Positions 20,682 to 30,266 of a stretch of 64,000 nt of DNA are shown here, piece after piece. Under the pieces are notes generated by a model, which worked only from the letters and a program-made list of their open reading frames with translations, was not told the origin of the DNA and made no database searches. The stretch is from an uncultured Acidobacteriota bacterium. GTDB taxonomy: Bacteria; Acidobacteriota; G020349885; CAZDZC01. Where the stretch lies: positions 127,642-191,641 of the forward strand of contig CAZDZC010000003.1 in NCBI GenBank assembly GCA_964509835.1, given 5' to 3'. The position numbers were made by a program, and so were the translations under genes. Position 1 is the stretch's first letter; each line of letters starts with the position of its first letter.

Positions 20682-21153
20682 CATGACATCAAGAAAACAG
20701 TCTTTTTTTGAGCGTAAAAGCAGCGATCCTTCTCCGATTTCTGTCAGTGTTGAACAGGAAGTGTATTTCAGTCAGGCAGATCCTATGGGGGTTGTGTGGC
20801 ACGGAGAGTACCCCCGTTTTTTTGAAGTGGGATATTCTGCGCTGACAAAGTATTGCGGGCTGACTTTTATGGAGCTGCACAAGGCCGGGATTATGGCTCC
20901 TATTGTGAAGCATCACATTGATTATTACCAGCCGGTATTTGTGGGGGAAGTTATAAATATTGTGACATCTCTTATATGGTCTGAAGCAGCGAAAATGAAT
21001 ATTGAATATCGAATTTTCAACAGCAAAAAGGAATTGACTACATTCGGCTACAGCCAGCAGTTATTTGTTGACGCGAAGAGCAGGGAGTTGTGTTTTATAG
21101 GGCCGGGTATTCTGGAAGATTTGAGGGTCAGATGGAGAAAAAATCAAATATAA
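20665..21153 (+). CDS. Acyl-CoA/ACP thioesterase, 4HBT (YbgC-like) hotdog family
   Basis: VYFSQADPMGVVWHGEYPRFFEVG is a typical 4HBT N-terminal region. The ~160-aa size fits. Confidence 0.7.
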   Translation: MRRKCNMTSRKQSFFERKSSDPSPISVSVEQEVYFSQADPMGVVWHGEYPRFFEVGYSALTKYCGLTFMELHKAGIMAPIVKHHIDYYQPVFVGEVINIVTSLIWSEAAKMNIEYRIFNSKKELTTFGYSQQLFVDAKSRELCFIGPGILEDLRVRWRKNQI

Positions 21154-22271
21154 CTGAAAGAGCTGTTATTGTTGACAGAGGACTTTTAACCTGTTTCGGA
21201 AACGGTGTGGATATCTGCTGGGAAAAATTGAAACGGAATGAGTCAGGCATAAGGGAATTCTCCCGTTTCCCTGTGGATCATTTCATTTCACAAAGTGCTG
21301 CCTCAATAGATGGTCTTGATGTCAGTAAATCTCTTTCATATCAGATGCTGGAAATATTATTGAAAGACAGGCTCAGTAATTTGCCCGAAGATAACTGCTT
21401 GATTTTTTCTACCACAACCGGAGAAGTAGATTTGCTGGAAAAACATATCGCTTCTGAAGGAACAGCTACAGACGGTTTGGCACCTGGAGATTTCTTAATG
21501 AAGGTTCTCGAATTAACCGGCAGCAGCAAAGGATACCTTGTTTCCGCTGCCTGCGCATCATCTTCTTTGGCAATAATTAAGGGTGCGTTGATGATAGAGA
21601 AAGGGATACAGGATTGTATCCTGATAATAGGATGCGATTGTGTCAGCGAATTTGTTTTTTCAGGTTTTTCTTCCCTTCAGGCGCTTGCCAGGTATAGGGC
21701 AAAACCTTTCGATAGAGACAGGGATGGTCTTAGTCTGGGCGAAGCTGCCGGTTATGTTCTTTTGATGGGCGAGGGAAGGGCAGCGAGAGAAAATCGGGAG
21801 ATTTTGGGAAGGGTATGCGGTTGGGGTATGACTAATGATGCCAATCATATGACAGGTCCGGACAAAAACGGAGAAGGATTAAGCCGGTCAATCAGTAAAT
21901 CCCTGAGCTCAGCATTCATAACCCCTGAGCAGGTTGGTTCAATATCTGCTCATGGGACGGGCACTCGCTTTAATGATTCGATGGAGTTAAAAGCGTTTAA
22001 AACAATTTTCGGGAAACACCATGTTCCGGTTTACTCAGTTAAGGGAGGCATTGGGCATACTATGGGCGCTGCAGGTTTGGTGGAAGTTATTTTATGCTTA
22101 TGCTCATTGAAAGAAAAATTAGTCCCGCCGGTTGTCAACCTTGAAAACATTGATGAAGAGGCTGAAGGATGGGTCAGCAAAGAAAGTGTCTTTGTGGAAA
22201 AACCATATGCGCTATCAACAAATTCAGGGTTCGGTGGAGTCAATTCCGCAATTGTAATTAAATTGATTTGA
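21132..22271 (+). CDS. Beta-ketoacyl-ACP synthase (KS) with Cys-His-His triad
   Basis: The catalytic Cys is in VSAACASSSLAI. The His residues are in SAHGTGT and GHTMGAAG. A GAGGG RBS precedes the Met at 21132. Confidence 0.88.
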   Translation: MEKKSNITERAVIVDRGLLTCFGNGVDICWEKLKRNESGIREFSRFPVDHFISQSAASIDGLDVSKSLSYQMLEILLKDRLSNLPEDNCLIFSTTTGEVDLLEKHIASEGTATDGLAPGDFLMKVLELTGSSKGYLVSAACASSSLAIIKGALMIEKGIQDCILIIGCDCVSEFVFSGFSSLQALARYRAKPFDRDRDGLSLGEAAGYVLLMGEGRAARENREILGRVCGWGMTNDANHMTGPDKNGEGLSRSISKSLSSAFITPEQVGSISAHGTGTRFNDSMELKAFKTIFGKHHVPVYSVKGGIGHTMGAAGLVEVILCLCSLKEKLVPPVVNLENIDEEAEGWVSKESVFVEKPYALSTNSGFGGVNSAIVIKLI

Positions 22272-22288
22272 TTTTGATGTGAGTTGCC

Positions 22289-22933
22289 ATGACAAATATT
22301 AATGGAATAGGCTGGATATTAAAAAACGAATGTGGATGCATTAAGAAAAACCGCAACTTGATATTTGACAATATTGCGGAAGTACATGGCATTCTTTCCG
22401 ATAATTCTATCATCACTGCAAAATTTCAGGGTTATAAACGGTTTGATGATGAATCCAAAAAAACATTCTGCGCAACCGCTTTAGCAATTTATGATTCAGG
22501 GATTTCAGATTTTTCCGGATATGGAATAATCGGAACGAATCCGAACGGTTCCCTGGATTCCAATCTGCTCTACTTCAGAGATTATTTTAAAGCATCAAAA
22601 ACAATAGGCCGAGGGAATCTTTTTATTTACACTCTTCCTTCCAGTCCGCTGGCTGAAAGCTCTATCGCGTTTGGCTTAAAGGGACCTCTTTACTATTTGT
22701 GGTCCCCGGGGAATATTTATGAAGCTGTTTTAGAAGATGCAATAGCGCTGATCGAATCTGAAGAAACCGAGGGTTTGATTTTATCGCTGAGTTCGAATCA
22801 TTGTGTTTTAAGCCTGTCAATCATCAGGGGTGAGACTGAGAAATCAGGACACGTTCTGGAGAAGATCAGGAATTTTATAAAGAACAGTGACAATCTGGAA
22901 GAAATATTAAGCAATATAAGGGGTTTGGTTTGA
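22289..22933 (+). CDS. Small KS-like/thiolase-fold fragment protein lacking catalytic Cys (hypothetical; possible KS partner)
   Basis: Contains a GLKGP segment reminiscent of the KS pre-active-site motif, but has no Cys or His catalytic residues. The protein is 214 aa. The assignment is weak. Confidence 0.35.
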   Translation: MTNINGIGWILKNECGCIKKNRNLIFDNIAEVHGILSDNSIITAKFQGYKRFDDESKKTFCATALAIYDSGISDFSGYGIIGTNPNGSLDSNLLYFRDYFKASKTIGRGNLFIYTLPSSPLAESSIAFGLKGPLYYLWSPGNIYEAVLEDAIALIESEETEGLILSLSSNHCVLSLSIIRGETEKSGHVLEKIRNFIKNSDNLEEILSNIRGLV

Positions 22934-24372
22934 GCAGCAGTGGCAGGAAACCCAGGATACTGCTGATTCATCCCCTCGGTTATAACCCTGAGGGAAGGAA
23001 AACTGATATTTCAAGACTCGCGAATATAATGCCTCCGCTCGGATTGATAAGTATTGCGGCATGGATGGAAAAGCACGGTATCGAGACTGAAATAGCAGAT
23101 TGTCATGCGTATCCTCAGAGCGATGAAGACATTCGGAAAGCAGTGTCAGGATTTATGCCTGACTTTGCGGGGTTCAGCTGTACTACTTCATCCTTTCTGG
23201 ATGGAATCAGAATTGCGAATATTGTAAAAACAACAAAGTCTGACACAAAAGTTATATTCGGAGGTCCCCATGTCTCAGCTCTAAAAATGGGAATTCTGGA
23301 ATTTTTTCCGGTTGTTGATTTTGTGGTTGCCGGAGAGGGTGAAGATGCTGTAAAGGATTTAATCGAAAAATTTCCGCACATAAATGGAGTAAAAGGCCTG
23401 ATTTTCAGGGATGAAGATAAAATAATATTTAACGGAGATCAGACTGGGTTAATGGACCTTGACTCTCTTCCTTTTCCCGCTTACGAAAAATTGAAAGGTT
23501 TTCCGGAACATTATAAACTTCCGATATTCAATTATCCCAAAACCCCAAATGCAAGCATTGTGACTAGCCGCGGCTGTGTTTATGAGTGCAGTTACTGCGA
23601 CCGCTCGGTTTTCAGAAAAAGCTTCCGGTTTAATTCCGCTGAATACATTTTTGAGCATATTAAATTCTTGAAAAGAAACTACGGGATAAAGCATATCAAC
23701 TTTTATGACGATAATTTTACTTTGAATAGAAACAGGATTGATTCGCTATGCAGATTGTTAATTGATTCAGGAATCCATATTACTTTCAATTGCGCTGTCA
23801 GGCCTGAGCTTATTGATAAAGATCTCTTGAAAAACATGAAATCAGCCGGCTGCTGGATGGTAAGCATGGGAATAGAGAGCGGATCGGAGGATCTTCTTTC
23901 GAATCATCGTCAGAATGTAAAGCTTGACTCTTATGTTCAAAAAATAAAAATGACCAGGAAAGCAGGGATGCGGGTTAAGGGTTTATTTATGATTGGATTG
24001 CCCGGAGAAACGGAAAAGAGTATAAACGACACAATAAAGTTCATCAAAAAAAATCCTTTGGATGAAATCAACATTTCAAAGTTCACTCCTTTCCCCGGAT
24101 CACCCATTTACAAAAATATTTCAGAGCATGGTGATTTTGAGGAAGATTGGACTAAAATGGACTGTATGCACTTCCAATTTGTTCCTATGGGATTCACAAA
24201 GGAACGGCTTCAGGAGCTTTTTACAGAAAGCTATAAATCTTATTTCAAAAAGCCTCGCACTCTTTTCAATTATATCTCGATGATTTACCGCTCTCCGGAC
24301 AGCTGGCTGAGATTTATAGGAAATGCGGGGGACTATATTCGTTTTGCAAAAACAGACAAAAGAATTTCATGA
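22930..24372 (+). CDS. Cobalamin-binding (class B) radical SAM enzyme
   Basis: An N-terminal B12-binding Rossmann region (..KVIFGGPHVSA..) is followed by CVYECSYC (CX3CX2C) at residue ~215. The protein is ~480 aa. Confidence 0.85.
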   Translation: MSSSGRKPRILLIHPLGYNPEGRKTDISRLANIMPPLGLISIAAWMEKHGIETEIADCHAYPQSDEDIRKAVSGFMPDFAGFSCTTSSFLDGIRIANIVKTTKSDTKVIFGGPHVSALKMGILEFFPVVDFVVAGEGEDAVKDLIEKFPHINGVKGLIFRDEDKIIFNGDQTGLMDLDSLPFPAYEKLKGFPEHYKLPIFNYPKTPNASIVTSRGCVYECSYCDRSVFRKSFRFNSAEYIFEHIKFLKRNYGIKHINFYDDNFTLNRNRIDSLCRLLIDSGIHITFNCAVRPELIDKDLLKNMKSAGCWMVSMGIESGSEDLLSNHRQNVKLDSYVQKIKMTRKAGMRVKGLFMIGLPGETEKSINDTIKFIKKNPLDEINISKFTPFPGSPIYKNISEHGDFEEDWTKMDCMHFQFVPMGFTKERLQELFTESYKSYFKKPRTLFNYISMIYRSPDSWLRFIGNAGDYIRFAKTDKRIS

Positions 24373-24379
24373 TAAGGGA

Positions 24380-25423
24380 TTATTTTTCAATAACGATGCT
24401 TGCCGGGTTTCCGGAACAATCGTATCTTAAGCAGAATATCTTCTTTAAAACAGCTTCTTTCTGCGCATCGCAGATATTTAAATTGAATGGATTACGCGTG
24501 TTCGGGCACTTGAAAAGTGTCTGGTTTTTTATGCAAAGGGCACCTATTGCAGAGCTGAAAGCGCTTCCAGCCATAGTGCTTCCGTAAAGAGGTGCATAAG
24601 AAGCCAGAAGAGATTCTGATCCAACTGCTAGTTTCATATACTCACTTTCGTTTTCCAGTAGCCCGTCCGTGTCCAGAATTGTCAAATCAGGGTTGTCGCC
24701 ATGCCAATTTCCAATTGTATCAATATGAATTCCGCTGATAGAACAATAGCTTGAATCACTGTTATTGCTCAACAGAAAAAAAACACTTCCTTCTCCCGGA
24801 ACAGCAGCGCTTTTATCTGAAAAAGAGAAAGATGAGATTTCTCTGTCTTTGCTGTTTCTTGTTTTCAGCACATAACTCATTACATCGCCTATCTCTTCTG
24901 CGCTTCCGACTAAAACATATTCGCACCGCTTCTCTTTTAACCATAAATCAGCCAAAAGCAGGGCATAGTGGAATGAATGGAAAAACTGGCTTATTGTGCA
25001 GACCGGACCTCTGATACCTGTTATGGAAGAAGCATATCCGGTTGCAGCACTGTGAAGGGAGTGACCGAATCTTGTGGGGGACACAAGCTTGTCACCGTAA
25101 GTCAATATATCATCAAGAAACTCAAATGTAGTGGCATGCGGTCCCAGCCCTGTGGCTAAAATAATGCCTATATTTTCGATGTTTTCATCAACTGAAATCC
25201 CCGAGTCTTCAAGTGCTTCATACGCTGAAATAAATGCTATTTTGCTGAACCTGTCGAGCCTCCTCAGCTTTTTAAAATCAGGCGCATTTAATATTTTATC
25301 TGAAATACTATGGATATCTGCAGATGGTCTCTGAGCTGAACTAAGCAAATTTACCAGGGTGTCCGTTCCTTTTCCGCCAGAAAAAAGAACCCCCATGCCG
25401 TTTATAAAAAGATCAGTTTTCAT
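24380..25423 (-). CDS. KS-like chain-length-factor-type protein (no catalytic Cys at KS position, no His motifs), translationally coupled to upstream KS
   Basis: The N-terminus has the KS-like fold (LFINGMGVLFSGGKG). Where a KS carries GP..TACxSG, this protein has GIRGPVCTISQFFHSF, i.e. Q/F at the Cys position. It is shorter (347 aa) and overlaps the 25413..26567 KS by ~10 nt. Confidence 0.65.
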   Translation of the reverse strand: MKTDLFINGMGVLFSGGKGTDTLVNLLSSAQRPSADIHSISDKILNAPDFKKLRRLDRFSKIAFISAYEALEDSGISVDENIENIGIILATGLGPHATTFEFLDDILTYGDKLVSPTRFGHSLHSAATGYASSITGIRGPVCTISQFFHSFHYALLLADLWLKEKRCEYVLVGSAEEIGDVMSYVLKTRNSKDREISSFSFSDKSAAVPGEGSVFFLLSNNSDSSYCSISGIHIDTIGNWHGDNPDLTILDTDGLLENESEYMKLAVGSESLLASYAPLYGSTMAGSAFSSAIGALCIKNQTLFKCPNTRNPFNLNICDAQKEAVLKKIFCLRYDCSGNPASIVIEK

Positions 25424-26567
25424 ATGAAAATACCAATGCTGAATTCTGGCCTCCGAACCCCAACGAGGTTGACAGCCCCGTATTTCCTTTTAATTGTGTA
25501 ACATCTTTGGTTGGCTCAAAAGGAATATCGGGGTCTTTTTTGCTGAAACCGGCAGTTCCTGGTATCCAACCGTATTTTAGTGATATCACAGAAAACACCG
25601 CTTCAAGACCTCCCGCAGCGCCTAAAGTATGTCCGGTGAATCCTTTTGTTGATACGACAGGAATTTTCTCCCCAAAAATCCCGTTCAGAACGGCACCTTC
25701 AATCAGATCATTGTTGATTGTCGCCGTTCCGTGCGCGTTAACGAAACTAATATCGCCTGGGAGGGCATCACTTTGTTTCATTGAGTAAATAACAGCTTTT
25801 TTTAGTCCAATACCTTCAGGATGAGGAGAAGTGATATGATAAGCATCGCTGCATGTTCCGTATCCTTTTACACAAACAAAGGGAGGCGAAAGTCTCTGTT
25901 TAGCAATTTTTTCGTTTTCCAGAATTAAAATCCCTGAGCCTTCGCCAAGGTTGAGGCCGTTTCTGTCGGAATCAAAAGGACGGCAGGGTGAGTCGCTTGC
26001 TATCCCAAGAGAATTGAATCCTGACATCGGTATCAGATTGAGCTCATCCGCCCCTCCCGCAATAACTATGTCGCATATATCATTTGTAATCCAGGAATAT
26101 CCCACTCCTATAGCATCAGTTCCTGAACAGCAGGCGTTAACAATGGTCTGGCACAATCCTTTTACATTCAGGTATTTTTTAATCAGTTCAGCTATGTTTT
26201 CTTTCAGATAATCATAGACAGCCTTGAGAGAGGGGTTATCCGAATTTCGATAAGAGCGGTAGAAATCTAAATTATTCAGCTGGCTTCCCACGGTTGTCCC
26301 GATGCAGATCCCCAAACGCCTGGAAGACAGGTCGCTCAGCGAAGCGTCTTTAAGCGCTTGATCAACAGCCTCTGCTGCAAGAGAGAAAGTTCTGTTCCTG
26401 CTCCTGCAAACAAAGTTTTCAACTTCAAACACCGGTAATTTAATACCAGTATCAAGTAATGATGGCATCTTTACATTTCTGACTTTATGTCTGAAGGAAT
26501 TAATCGTCTGCTCAACACCCGTCCCGGCTGCTGAAATACATCCTGTGCCTGAGACAACAACACGCAT
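25413..26567 (-). CDS. Beta-ketoacyl-ACP synthase (KS) with Cys-His-His triad
   Basis: The catalytic Cys is in NACCSGTDAIG. The His residues are in NAHGTAT and GHTLGAAG. Confidence 0.9.
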   Translation of the reverse strand: MRVVVSGTGCISAAGTGVEQTINSFRHKVRNVKMPSLLDTGIKLPVFEVENFVCRSRNRTFSLAAEAVDQALKDASLSDLSSRRLGICIGTTVGSQLNNLDFYRSYRNSDNPSLKAVYDYLKENIAELIKKYLNVKGLCQTIVNACCSGTDAIGVGYSWITNDICDIVIAGGADELNLIPMSGFNSLGIASDSPCRPFDSDRNGLNLGEGSGILILENEKIAKQRLSPPFVCVKGYGTCSDAYHITSPHPEGIGLKKAVIYSMKQSDALPGDISFVNAHGTATINNDLIEGAVLNGIFGEKIPVVSTKGFTGHTLGAAGGLEAVFSVISLKYGWIPGTAGFSKKDPDIPFEPTKDVTQLKGNTGLSTSLGFGGQNSALVFSYEN

Positions 26568-26845
26568 TACTGTTTCATATTTTCATAAATATAATCTGCA
26601 ATCGTGCCGAGATTTATGAAAATCTCCTTGTTGTTTTGCAAATCGGCAACTTTCATCCCGAAATGCCGTTGAAGAATCACTACAATTTCCACCGCATCCA
26701 GAGAATCCAGACCCAGACCTCCGTTTTCTTCTCCGAAAAGGGGCTGATCAGCATTGATGTTTTCAGGTTTTGTATCGCCCAACGAGAGATTTGAAACAAA
26801 TAGATCTTTTAACTCGCTTATAATTTCATCTTTTGATTTTATCAT
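26567..26845 (-). CDS. Acyl carrier protein (track ORF extends to 27001 through the upstream gene; internal Met at 26845 is the likely start)
   Basis: LGLDSLDAVEIVV carries the phosphopantetheinylation Ser. The ~92-aa product is typical of ACP. Confidence 0.8.
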   Translation of the reverse strand: MIKSKDEIISELKDLFVSNLSLGDTKPENINADQPLFGEENGGLGLDSLDAVEIVVILQRHFGMKVADLQNNKEIFINLGTIADYIYENMKQ

Positions 26846-26855
26846 CACATCTCCT

Positions 26856-27758
26856 TTATTTATTGTTGTTTTCCCATATGTCTTCAAATAAAAAACACTG
26901 GTAAGGAAACCGCATTGAATATTCTTCCAAATCCCTGCAATATTCTTCAACTGAACTGTTAAAACATTTGTCTTTAAGACCTTCTCCGGTTTCCCTGTCA
27001 TTATAAATTACGGATGAAACTTCCACAACATATTTTTTAGGGGCTGTTTTCATCGAGAAAAGAACAATTACCGGACAATCTGCAGCTGTGGCAAGGTTGA
27101 AAGCACCACAGGGAAAATATGCGTATTCGCCTAGAAATCTTACTTTGCAGGTTTTGTGACCGTAATGTCTGTCACCCATAATCGACACAAGGTTGCCATC
27201 TGAAAGCACTTTCAGAATGCCAAGTATCAGGGTTGTTTTATCTTCATTGTGCAGAATATGAATTTTAGCGCTGGATTTTGTGAAATTCATGATTTTCTGG
27301 ACGGATTCATTCTGCTCTTCGTTCATAACAAGAAATATTTCCCTTCCGATGAAATCGAGCGCGCTCATTGTGACCTGCCAGCTTCCGAAATGACTGGTCA
27401 GAATAATGCAACCATTTTTGGATTCACTTATAGTATTTATCAGAGTATCTTTATTGTTTATTGTTATATCGAAAGCGACCTTCCCGGAGATAAAAGCATA
27501 TCTGTCAATAATTTGCTTTCCCTGACTCAGAAATAATCTGTAGATGTGAATGTATTTCTTAATGTTTCCGGAACCAGGAAATATGAGTGAAATATATTTT
27601 GATGCGCTTTTTACGGCTGTTCTGTCAAAGATAAGATAATAAAAACAAACCGGATAGAGGAGACTGTAGGCTCCAACCAAGCCAAAAACCGACAGCAGGA
27701 CCTTAAAACAGTTTATGCCCAGTGAATTCCCGCGCTGTTTTCCCATTGAATTATCCAA
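26856..27758 (-). CDS. LpxL/HtrB-family lipid A-type (Kdo2-lipid IVA-like) acyl-ACP acyltransferase
   Basis: A ~300-aa protein with one N-terminal TM segment. The overall LpxL-family pattern is present, including the HFGSWQ-type region (TSHFGSWQV). Confidence 0.7.
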   Translation of the reverse strand: MDNSMGKQRGNSLGINCFKVLLSVFGLVGAYSLLYPVCFYYLIFDRTAVKSASKYISLIFPGSGNIKKYIHIYRLFLSQGKQIIDRYAFISGKVAFDITINNKDTLINTISESKNGCIILTSHFGSWQVTMSALDFIGREIFLVMNEEQNESVQKIMNFTKSSAKIHILHNEDKTTLILGILKVLSDGNLVSIMGDRHYGHKTCKVRFLGEYAYFPCGAFNLATAADCPVIVLFSMKTAPKKYVVEVSSVIYNDRETGEGLKDKCFNSSVEEYCRDLEEYSMRFPYQCFLFEDIWENNNK

Positions 27759-28947
27759 AGGTTTTAATCTTCCTGTCTTTCTGGAAATGCTTTGCTATGA
27801 AAAAAACGCAGATCCAGACCAGAAACGCCAAGATAGGACCTATCATAAGCGAACCCAAAGCCCATTCCAGTAATCTGAAGTGCAACTCAGCTACAACGAC
27901 TTTAAAAGACAGTTCGGTCAACCATTTGCCGTTAAGAATAAAATAACCTGTTTCGATGCACAGGAAAGGAACAACGGGTGGCATACATATATTCTGAGCG
28001 AGAACTGCCATTAACCTGTTCATATGCAGTCTCGAAGTAACATATATTATAACAATTGTATGGACAAATAAGAGAGGCAGCGCCCCCAGAAAAACGCCTG
28101 TCGCTGCAGCGGAGCTTAACTCTTGAGGTGAATTATGTTCTTTTACCAGTTTTTTTATGAGGGTTATCGGATGAAGCAAAAGTGAAATAGCGTTTTGCCC
28201 GAAATCCCTGTGAATAAGTTTTTTATGGGGAATCGGAAGTAAGCGGCGCAATACAAGTTTAGTGTGAACTGCTGAAATTCTTAAGTTGTCGGACACTTTT
28301 CTGAAATGTGAAATCCGGTCTTCCGGGTTATCGGGATACCACACTTTTATGTCTATGGTTTTAATTTTCACTCCCCCCCATGCGAGTTTTGCTAGAACTT
28401 CTGTTTCAAAATCATATCTTTTCGCGCGGATATCAAGTTTTGACAGATGCCTGACAGGATATGCACGGAAACCGCTCTGGCAATCGGACAACATTTCACC
28501 GGTTTCAATTGTAAACCAGAAATTGGCGAACTTTCTTCCGAATTTACTTAATCCGGGGATGGTTTCATTATTGAAATCCCTTACACCCACCAAAAGAAAA
28601 TCGTCGTCACCTTGATTTAAAACCTGCAGAAATTTATTCAAATCCTCGGGCACATGCTGACCGTCCGCATCAATTGTTATCAGAAACCTTCCGTTTTGTT
28701 CTTTAATATATGCAAGCGCTGATAATATTGCAGCTCCCTTTCCCATATTGCTTTTATGGGAAATGACCTTTATCGGGGTACCGGAAAAAAGACCAGCGAT
28801 ATCTATGTCTGTGCTTCCGTCATCAACTACCAGAACATTGGGCACAAACCGGCTGCATTCCATGGCGATGCTCTCGATGGTTGATGCGTTATTGTAAACG
28901 GGTATTACACACCATATATCATTGGAGTGCAGACCGCCCTTTCTCAT
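27751..28947 (-). CDS. Family-2 glycosyltransferase with C-terminal multi-TM domain
   Basis: The GT-A N-terminus is CVIPVYNNASTIESI..VVDDGSTD, with a DxD-type region. The C-terminal half is hydrophobic. The start at the Met with an ATGA overlap on the upstream radical SAM stop. Confidence 0.8.
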   Translation of the reverse strand: MRKGGLHSNDIWCVIPVYNNASTIESIAMECSRFVPNVLVVDDGSTDIDIAGLFSGTPIKVISHKSNMGKGAAILSALAYIKEQNGRFLITIDADGQHVPEDLNKFLQVLNQGDDDFLLVGVRDFNNETIPGLSKFGRKFANFWFTIETGEMLSDCQSGFRAYPVRHLSKLDIRAKRYDFETEVLAKLAWGGVKIKTIDIKVWYPDNPEDRISHFRKVSDNLRISAVHTKLVLRRLLPIPHKKLIHRDFGQNAISLLLHPITLIKKLVKEHNSPQELSSAAATGVFLGALPLLFVHTIVIIYVTSRLHMNRLMAVLAQNICMPPVVPFLCIETGYFILNGKWLTELSFKVVVAELHFRLLEWALGSLMIGPILAFLVWICVFFIAKHFQKDRKIKTFG

Positions 28948-30266
28948 GTCAGGATCCAGTCCCAGAAAATCCCTTTGCATCCCTTGTCGTGAAATCTTTT
29001 CAAAAGTGAGTCGCAGGATCCGGGAGGGAATATGATAAGAGGATCTGATGCAAATGATTCGTTTAAATCTTTTTCCATGGCCTTAACATCAATTTCCGGG
29101 CTGAAATAATATCTTGCTTCCGAAAGGTCCTCTCCTCTCTTTATGATTCCTTCGGAAACAGCTCTATTTTCAATTCCCGTATCCGGAAGGATTCTTATGC
29201 CCATGAAGATGAAAGAAACACTCCTGGGAAGGTTTTTAATATTATCAATTCCTTCAGAAAGTGTTTTAGGAGTCTCTCCGGGGCCCCCGAAGATAAAATA
29301 ATTGGCGACAGGTATCTTAAATTCCGTAAATAATTCTATTGCTTCTACAACATCCTTGAATGAAAAACTCTTGTTTAAAGCTGAAAGGGTTGTATCCGTA
29401 GTGGCATCAGCCCCGATTTCAACCGCGCAAAGTCCGGTTTCTTTCATTAGTTCCACATCACGCTTCCTTAACTTTTCAGGTGTAAAAAAAGCAGACCATG
29501 GAACCGTCATGTTTTGTTTTTTCATATCTTTTATTAATTCCATGAATCTTCCCTGATTAAAGACCGAATCAGTGAAAACTACCTGTTTAATATCGTATCT
29601 GTGTGAAAAAAATCTGATCTCATTAATGATGTCAGATGATGATCTTAATCTCAGTGTCCTTCCTTCAAGAAGCGGATATGAACAGTAAAGACATTTTTTA
29701 GCGCAGCCTCTTTTGGTCTGAATTGAAAGGATACCGGTTTTCCTGATATAATATTCAGCCAGTTCGGAATCATGTTTTACTCCAGGAATAAGAAAACCTT
29801 CCAATGTTTTGCTGCTCTTAATCAGTTTTTCCTTAACAGGCTTCCCCTCGGAAATTTTTTCAAGAAGCTCCAGAACGGCAACTTCCCCTTCGCCAACTAT
29901 CCCGAAATCCGCGTCACTTTTGTTGAGAAATGTATCCGGGATAAGCGAAAAGCCTGATCCGCCAAGAATTACAGGAACATTAAAATCCTTTTTGACTTCA
30001 TTTATAATACTGACAATCCCATCGACATAAGACTTGTGATTTGTGCTGTCAACATTGTCAATATTGCGGATTGAGACACCTATAATATCAGGGTTGTAAT
30101 CAATCAGATCCCTTATTTTTTTATCAGGGGTCTCATTTGTAAGGCAGTCGAAATACTGAACATTGTAGCCTGCATTTTTGAGGACGGAGCCAATGATACT
30201 CATTCCTAAAGGAAAAACAGGATAAGGAAGGTCTGCTTTATTAACTGAGATCAATAAAATGTTCAT
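28944..30266 (-). CDS. Cobalamin-binding (class B) radical SAM enzyme
   Basis: A B12-domain N-terminus is followed by CAKKCLYC (CX3CX2C) at residue ~185. Confidence 0.85.
   Translation of the reverse strand: MNILLISVNKADLPYPVFPLGMSIIGSVLKNAGYNVQYFDCLTNETPDKKIRDLIDYNPDIIGVSIRNIDNVDSTNHKSYVDGIVSIINEVKKDFNVPVILGGSGFSLIPDTFLNKSDADFGIVGEGEVAVLELLEKISEGKPVKEKLIKSSKTLEGFLIPGVKHDSELAEYYIRKTGILSIQTKRGCAKKCLYCSYPLLEGRTLRLRSSSDIINEIRFFSHRYDIKQVVFTDSVFNQGRFMELIKDMKKQNMTVPWSAFFTPEKLRKRDVELMKETGLCAVEIGADATTDTTLSALNKSFSFKDVVEAIELFTEFKIPVANYFIFGGPGETPKTLSEGIDNIKNLPRSVSFIFMGIRILPDTGIENRAVSEGIIKRGEDLSEARYYFSPEIDVKAMEKDLNESFASDPLIIFPPGSCDSLLKRFHDKGCKGIFWDWILT

Noticed and set aside
24369-24587. Small plus-strand ORF 24369..24587 at the convergence point of the two operons
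   Set aside because: It lies entirely antisense within the CLF-like gene's 3' end. The two convergent genes end only 7 bp apart with no room for another gene.
26846-27001. N-terminal 52-aa extension of the ACP ORF (track 26567..27001)
   Set aside because: The extension overlaps the 3' end of the upstream LpxL-like gene. ACPs are ~80-95 aa, and the internal Met at 26845 gives a canonical ACP.
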